Below, one piece after another: positions 59,398 through 64,000 of a stretch of 64,000 nt of DNA. Below the pieces are notes generated by a model. That model ran no database searches and was not told the origin of the DNA. It saw only the letters and a list, made by a program, of their open reading frames with translations. Origin of the DNA: Akkermansia muciniphila (GTDB lineage: Bacteria > Verrucomicrobiota > Verrucomicrobiia > Limisphaerales > UBA1100); contig CAMDOH010000003.1 of NCBI GenBank assembly GCA_945903605.1, positions 5,654 through 69,653 on the forward strand. Reading direction: 5' to 3'. The position numbers and the translations under genes were made by a program. The first letter of the stretch is position 1; each line of letters starts with the position of its first letter.

Positions 59398-61260
59398 GTG
59401 GATTGGAAACGGGCTGCTGCGTTGCTTTACGGCGATTGGGGCACCAGCAAGGCTTACGTCATCGGTCTGGCCTTCACGGCGCCTATTTTTCTGGGTCAGA
59501 AAGACCTCATTTGGGGGTACCGCTGCCTCCCTGTAATTCTGGCGGTCTGCTTTCTCACGGCGCTTGTCGCGTACAATTACATCGTCGTTTGCCGTTGTTT
59601 TCCAGATGGCGGAGGCGTTTATTCGGCGGCGCGCAGTCAGAGCCGGACATTGGCGATGATTGGCGCTTTATTATTGGTCGCCAATTTCACAGTGACGGCT
59701 GCGCTCAGCGGGTGGTCTGCGCTCAGTTACTTCGGTGTCCCCAAACAATACTTGGCTGTTTCAGCGATGGGTTTGATGGTTTTTGTTGGATTCCTGAATT
59801 TCTTTGGCCCCAAACACACGGGGAGTCTGGCCGTTTGGTTGGCCGTGCCGATGGTGGTGGTTGTCGTGGCGTTGATTGGAATGAGTGCGCCATATCTGAT
59901 AACCGGACTTTCTCAAGTAGAGGCATTGAGTGCGCCGTTGGAAGGGGGGCGTACAATTGGATTCTCTGAACTATGGATTGCCTTTTGCGGTGCCATCCTC
60001 GCGTTGAGCGGTGTGGAAGCAATCGCCAACCTGACAGGAGTGATGAAGGCCGACCCCGGTTCAACGGCAGAGAAGCCCGTTGTCACTCGCACGGCGATGA
60101 AGTCCATCCTGCCAGTCGGCATCGAAGTCGTTATCGGCACAACAATTCTTGGGTTGGCTTTGTTGGCATTGCCGAGCGACTTGGTGAAGATGGATGACAT
60201 CAAAGCGCATTATGAAGACGTCCTGCGCTTCATGGCGGAGAAATATGCTTGGCTGACTTTTCATTCGGAATCAGCTGCCAAAATCATTGGGCTTGTTGTT
60301 GGTATCGTCGTCGGTTTGCTGCTCGTGAGTGCGGTGAACACAGCCATCGCCGCTTTGATCGGATTGATTTACATGCTTGCCAGAGACGGTGAGATGCCGC
60401 GCCCATTCACAAAACTCAATCCACACGGTGTACCGTGGTGGCCGATGGTACTTGCGGTAGGATTACCCATCATCGTGTTGATGATGACAATCAGTAAGCC
60501 GACAGAAGGTCTGGAGCTATTGGCCGGTTTATATGCCATCGGCGTGGTTGGTGCGATCACGGTGAACCTCGGATCCTGCACGTTCAACACAACTTTGGCC
60601 ATGCATTGGTTGGAGCGTGGCATCATGGGAGTGACATTTTTCACGCTGTTCGCCGTTGAGATGACCATCGGAAAAACAAAACCCGACGCGCTCTATTTCA
60701 CACTCATCGTTCTCGGCATCGGGTTCGGCCTGCGCGGCTATTCGCAGAAACGCCAGCATTTGAAGACAGTCACAGTTCGCGAAGAAATCGCCGAGGCCAT
60801 CGAGGACGATCATGCCGAGCGACAACTCGAATTAGACAAGCCGCAATCCATCATGATCGCCGCGCGTGGCATTTCTCCAGTGATTTCTTTTGCGCTTCAA
60901 GAAGCAAAACTGCGCAACTGCCCATTATACGTCCTGTATGTAAAACAATTGGCCGTGAAACTTCCCGGTACACTTGCAAACCCCGAGAAACATCATTGGC
61001 AAGATGATTCAGATGCCGTTCGGATCATGGCCAATGCCTTGGAAAATGGCGGCAGGCTCGGAGTACAAGTTGTCCCTATCTATGCCATCAGCGATCATCC
61101 TGCAGCCACCATTCTGGACTTTGCCGCGACTTTGGGCATCGATTACCTCATCCTCGGCGCTACGAAACAGCGCACCTTGAAATCCCTGCTCACCGGCGAT
61201 GTGATCACGGAAATCTCGAAAGATCTTCCCGAAAATATCCGTCTTATCATCTACAGTTGA
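59398..61260 (+). CDS. APC-superfamily permease fused to a C-terminal universal stress protein (USP) domain
   Basis: About 12 TM segments are followed by a ~140-aa soluble tail (IMIAARGISPVISFALQEAKLRNCPLYVLYV...DYLILGATKQ) with the USP pattern. The start is GTG. The substrate is unknown. Confidence 0.6.
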   Translation: MDWKRAAALLYGDWGTSKAYVIGLAFTAPIFLGQKDLIWGYRCLPVILAVCFLTALVAYNYIVVCRCFPDGGGVYSAARSQSRTLAMIGALLLVANFTVTAALSGWSALSYFGVPKQYLAVSAMGLMVFVGFLNFFGPKHTGSLAVWLAVPMVVVVVALIGMSAPYLITGLSQVEALSAPLEGGRTIGFSELWIAFCGAILALSGVEAIANLTGVMKADPGSTAEKPVVTRTAMKSILPVGIEVVIGTTILGLALLALPSDLVKMDDIKAHYEDVLRFMAEKYAWLTFHSESAAKIIGLVVGIVVGLLLVSAVNTAIAALIGLIYMLARDGEMPRPFTKLNPHGVPWWPMVLAVGLPIIVLMMTISKPTEGLELLAGLYAIGVVGAITVNLGSCTFNTTLAMHWLERGIMGVTFFTLFAVEMTIGKTKPDALYFTLIVLGIGFGLRGYSQKRQHLKTVTVREEIAEAIEDDHAERQLELDKPQSIMIAARGISPVISFALQEAKLRNCPLYVLYVKQLAVKLPGTLANPEKHHWQDDSDAVRIMANALENGGRLGVQVVPIYAISDHPAATILDFAATLGIDYLILGATKQRTLKSLLTGDVITEISKDLPENIRLIIYS

Positions 61261-61407
61261 TCGTCAGTCAGAACTGTCTCGAATTAGTCAGTCTGACCAA
61301 GATTCACTCCTTCGGCTGGCAACTCATCGGGTTTAAACCCAGTCTCAGCGTGGGTTTTCCAAGTAAAACCGGCCAGTAAACGCTCCATCTCATTTTGCCA
61401 ATTCGTT

Positions 61408-61423
61408 TGGCATTGATGCTGCT
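61408..61423 (+). promoter_or_regulatory. Sigma-54-type (-24/-12) promoter candidate for glnB-amtB
   Basis: TGGCATTGATGCTGCT matches TGGCAC-N5-TTGCW, with GG and GC at the correct 10-nt spacing. It ends about 70 nt upstream of the glnB ATG. Confidence 0.45.
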
Positions 61424-61493
61424 TTAGAAGACGCGCTCGTTGGTCGTAACCGGATTGCGACCGCAATAACCGTCGGCAAAACATAATACCTGA

Positions 61494-61832
<339 letters not shown>

Positions 61833-61857
61833 TTCAACTCCGAATTAATTCCAACCA

Positions 61858-63396
61858 ATGAAAAAAACAATATTAGCTCTGACAATGCTGGCGCTGATCT
61901 GCGGTTCGCAGATTTCCGTCCAAGGCCAGCCAACGACGACCAACACGCCGCCGACCACGGAAAAACCCACGCCGACACTTGAACAGCGAATAGCGGGACT
62001 CGAGGCTTACATCGGCAATGTGGATCCCACTGCGGCGTTGAAGGCCAAAACGAAAGACAAGGACGGCAAAGAAGTGGATGCTGTTCCTGAAGGTCTCACC
62101 ACCGCGAGCGTGGGTGTTGCTGGTCCTGGCCACAATGCCTTCATGATGATTTGCGCCGCGTTGGTGCTATTCATGACGTTGCCCGGCTTGGCGCTCTTCT
62201 ACGGCGGTCTCGTTCGCAAGAAGAACGTCCTCTCCATCCTGGCACAGTGCTTTGGAATCGCCGGCCTTGTCACACTGCTTTGGTGGGTTTGCGGTTATTC
62301 GATGGTCTTCGGTGAAGGTGGCACGCATTACATGGGAAGCATGAAACACTTGTTCCTCAAAGACGTCGGCGCAGCCCCTGACACAAACTATTGTTTCTGG
62401 GTTTCTGAAACGGCCTTCGCCATGTACCAGCTCATGTTCGCCATCATCACTCCCGCACTCATCGTCGGCGCCATCGCCGAGCGCATGAAGTTTAGCGCCA
62501 TCCTGTTGTTTGTTGCGCTGTGGATGTTCGCAGTCTACTTCCCGCTCGCACACATGGTTTGGGGTGTGGACGGATTGATGAACGGAGTTTGGAACGGCGG
62601 CGCAAAGATTCGCGCGATCGACTTCGCTGGTGGCACGGTCGTTCACATGAGTTCAGGTTGGAGCGCATTGGTGCTCTGCTACATTCTCGGACCCCGTCTC
62701 GGATTTGGTAAGCAGAACATGCAGCCGCACAGCATGGTCATGTGCATGATCGGCACGGGTATGCTTTGGGTCGGTTGGTACGGTTTCAACGCCGGTTCCG
62801 CACTCGCAGCTGACGGCATCGCGGCCAACGCCTTCGCCACCACCACCATCGCTGCGGCCGTCGCTTCCTTTGTTTGGGCCATGGCAGAGTGGGTATTCCG
62901 CGGCAAACCCTCGGTACTGGGCTTCTGCTCCGGTGCAGTGGCTGGACTCGTGGTGATCACTCCGGCTTGCGGATTTGTTACCATCAACAGCGCTGTGATC
63001 ATCGGGATCATCGCGGGCATTGTTCCTTTCTTCGCTTGCTGGAAATTGAAGGCGATGATGGGTTATGATGACGCGCTGGATACCTTCGGCGTCCATGCCA
63101 TCGGCGGCACTCTCGGTGCCATCCTGACGGGTGTGTTCGCCTCTTCTGCCGCGAATGGCAACCTGACCGACGCGAACACTTACGCGAAGGACAACGGCCT
63201 CGCCAAACTGATCATCGATGGAGGTCTGTTGAATGAACAGCTCAAGGCTGTCGCCATCACCTTGGTGCTATCAGTGGTCGCCACGGCAGTCATTGCATAC
63301 GTCGTGAAGGCTGTCATTGGCCTGCGCCCGAATGAGGAACAAGAGACGATCGGTCTCGATCTCGAAGAGCACGGCGAAGAAGGTTACCACGGTTAA
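61858..63396 (+). CDS. amtB: Ammonium transporter
   Basis: A signal peptide and Thr/Pro linker are followed by the Amt signature blocks DFAGGTVVHMSSGWSAL, WYGFNAGS and DDALDTFGVHAIGG. Confidence 0.93.
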   Translation: MKKTILALTMLALICGSQISVQGQPTTTNTPPTTEKPTPTLEQRIAGLEAYIGNVDPTAALKAKTKDKDGKEVDAVPEGLTTASVGVAGPGHNAFMMICAALVLFMTLPGLALFYGGLVRKKNVLSILAQCFGIAGLVTLLWWVCGYSMVFGEGGTHYMGSMKHLFLKDVGAAPDTNYCFWVSETAFAMYQLMFAIITPALIVGAIAERMKFSAILLFVALWMFAVYFPLAHMVWGVDGLMNGVWNGGAKIRAIDFAGGTVVHMSSGWSALVLCYILGPRLGFGKQNMQPHSMVMCMIGTGMLWVGWYGFNAGSALAADGIAANAFATTTIAAAVASFVWAMAEWVFRGKPSVLGFCSGAVAGLVVITPACGFVTINSAVIIGIIAGIVPFFACWKLKAMMGYDDALDTFGVHAIGGTLGAILTGVFASSAANGNLTDANTYAKDNGLAKLIIDGGLLNEQLKAVAITLVLSVVATAVIAYVVKAVIGLRPNEEQETIGLDLEEHGEEGYHG

Positions 63397-63414
63397 TCTG
63401 CAATTCTGATTCAG

Positions 63415-63450
63415 CCGCCGCGTCAGGAAACTGGCGCGGCGGTTTTTTTT
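63415..63450 (+). terminator. Intrinsic terminator after amtB
   Basis: A 12-bp GC-rich stem pairs CCGCCGCGTCAG with CTGGCGCGGCGG (one G-U pair) around a GAAA loop, followed by T8. Confidence 0.75.
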
Positions 63451-63452
63451 GG

Positions 63453-64000
63453 TCAGATGATTGTCACAACGAGCGCCGTTGTGTTATCGCGTCCGCTCAA
63501 TTTCACTGACGCATCCACGAGCAACTGCGCCGGATTATCCAAGCTCACTTTCGAGTCGGATGGATGTAGTAGTTCCAAGATCTGATGCTCGTGCAATCCA
63601 TCCATCAAACCATCGCTGCAGAGCAGAAACATGTCGCCCGCTTCATAGGTTACTGCACCCACTTGCGGATCGACAAACTGATGGTCACCGCCCAATGCCT
63701 TCTGGAGCACATTCCGCCTCGGATGCGATCGCGCCTCGCGTTCGTTGATTTTTCCGTTCCGTAGAAGCCAGCCAACGTGAGTGTCATCTTCGCTCAGTTG
63801 TTGGATTTCGCCATTTTTTCCGGACAGTTTGTAAAGTCGACTATCGCCAATGTGACTGAAATACAGCCAACCCGGAGCAAACCAACAAAGAGTCAGCGTG
63901 GTTTCCATTCCACGACATTCACTGTAGCTGTTGCCGAGAAACGCGAGGGACTTGTGAATCTGTTTGTAGAGTTCAGAAAACACGCTCTGGATATCTTTTT
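63453..64000 (-). CDS. PP2C-family serine/threonine phosphatase, C-terminal part; the 5' end lies outside the window
   Basis: The translation has FSHIGDSRLY, LLCSDGL and RDNTTALVV, the PP2C motifs. The frame stays open to the window edge and the N-terminal PP2C motifs are missing here. Confidence 0.75.
   Translation of the reverse strand, partial: KDIQSVFSELYKQIHKSLAFLGNSYSECRGMETTLTLCWFAPGWLYFSHIGDSRLYKLSGKNGEIQQLSEDDTHVGWLLRNGKINEREARSHPRRNVLQKALGGDHQFVDPQVGAVTYEAGDMFLLCSDGLMDGLHEHQILELLHPSDSKVSLDNPAQLLVDASVKLSGRDNTTALVVTII

Overview
This is a 64-kb chromosomal window of roughly 50% GC (estimated by eye). Its gene content looks typical of a PVC-superphylum bacterium, most likely Verrucomicrobiota or a relative. 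The supporting families are DUF1501, a TAT-signal Gfo/Idh/MocA oxidoreductase, an FG-GAP/ASPIC (CRTAC1-like) protein, a secreted prenyltransferase-repeat protein, a giant DUF2723 membrane protein and a GldG/DUF4340 ABC module. I can support about 50 CDS, and most are housekeeping genes: cysK, rho, smc, trxB, hisB, gyrB-gyrA, glgP, rlmN, hisH, sod, purN, hisG, mpl, aspS-grpE-dnaJ-rsmE, feoAAB and glnB-amtB. I recognise no rRNA, tRNA, CRISPR array, transposase, integrase or phage module. The window reads as core genome rather than an accessory island, and I see no multi-gene defence or secretion system. The one stretch that proteins do not explain is about 1.1 kb at 2274-3405, between a divergent lipoprotein/M23 operon and cysK. 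It has only short, junk-like overlapping ORFs on both strands. It is packed with 5-12 bp stems, carries an exact 13-nt internal repeat, and ends in a very strong plus-strand intrinsic terminator 66 nt before cysK. I propose it as a large structured RNA of unknown class, either stand-alone or a giant cysK leader, and it is the best novelty candidate here. Secondary observations are listed as findings: two tiny Lys/Arg-rich ORFs missed by the ORF track (one bS22-like), a Rho lacking the N-terminal helix bundle, an orphan WYL regulator between rho and smc, a DnaA-box pair and palindromes upstream of gyrBA, a sigma-54-type promoter in front of glnB-amtB, a Cys4 zinc ribbon inside the DUF2723 protein, and an HTH-MBL fusion. 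All functional calls come from reading the translations for family motifs. No database search was run.
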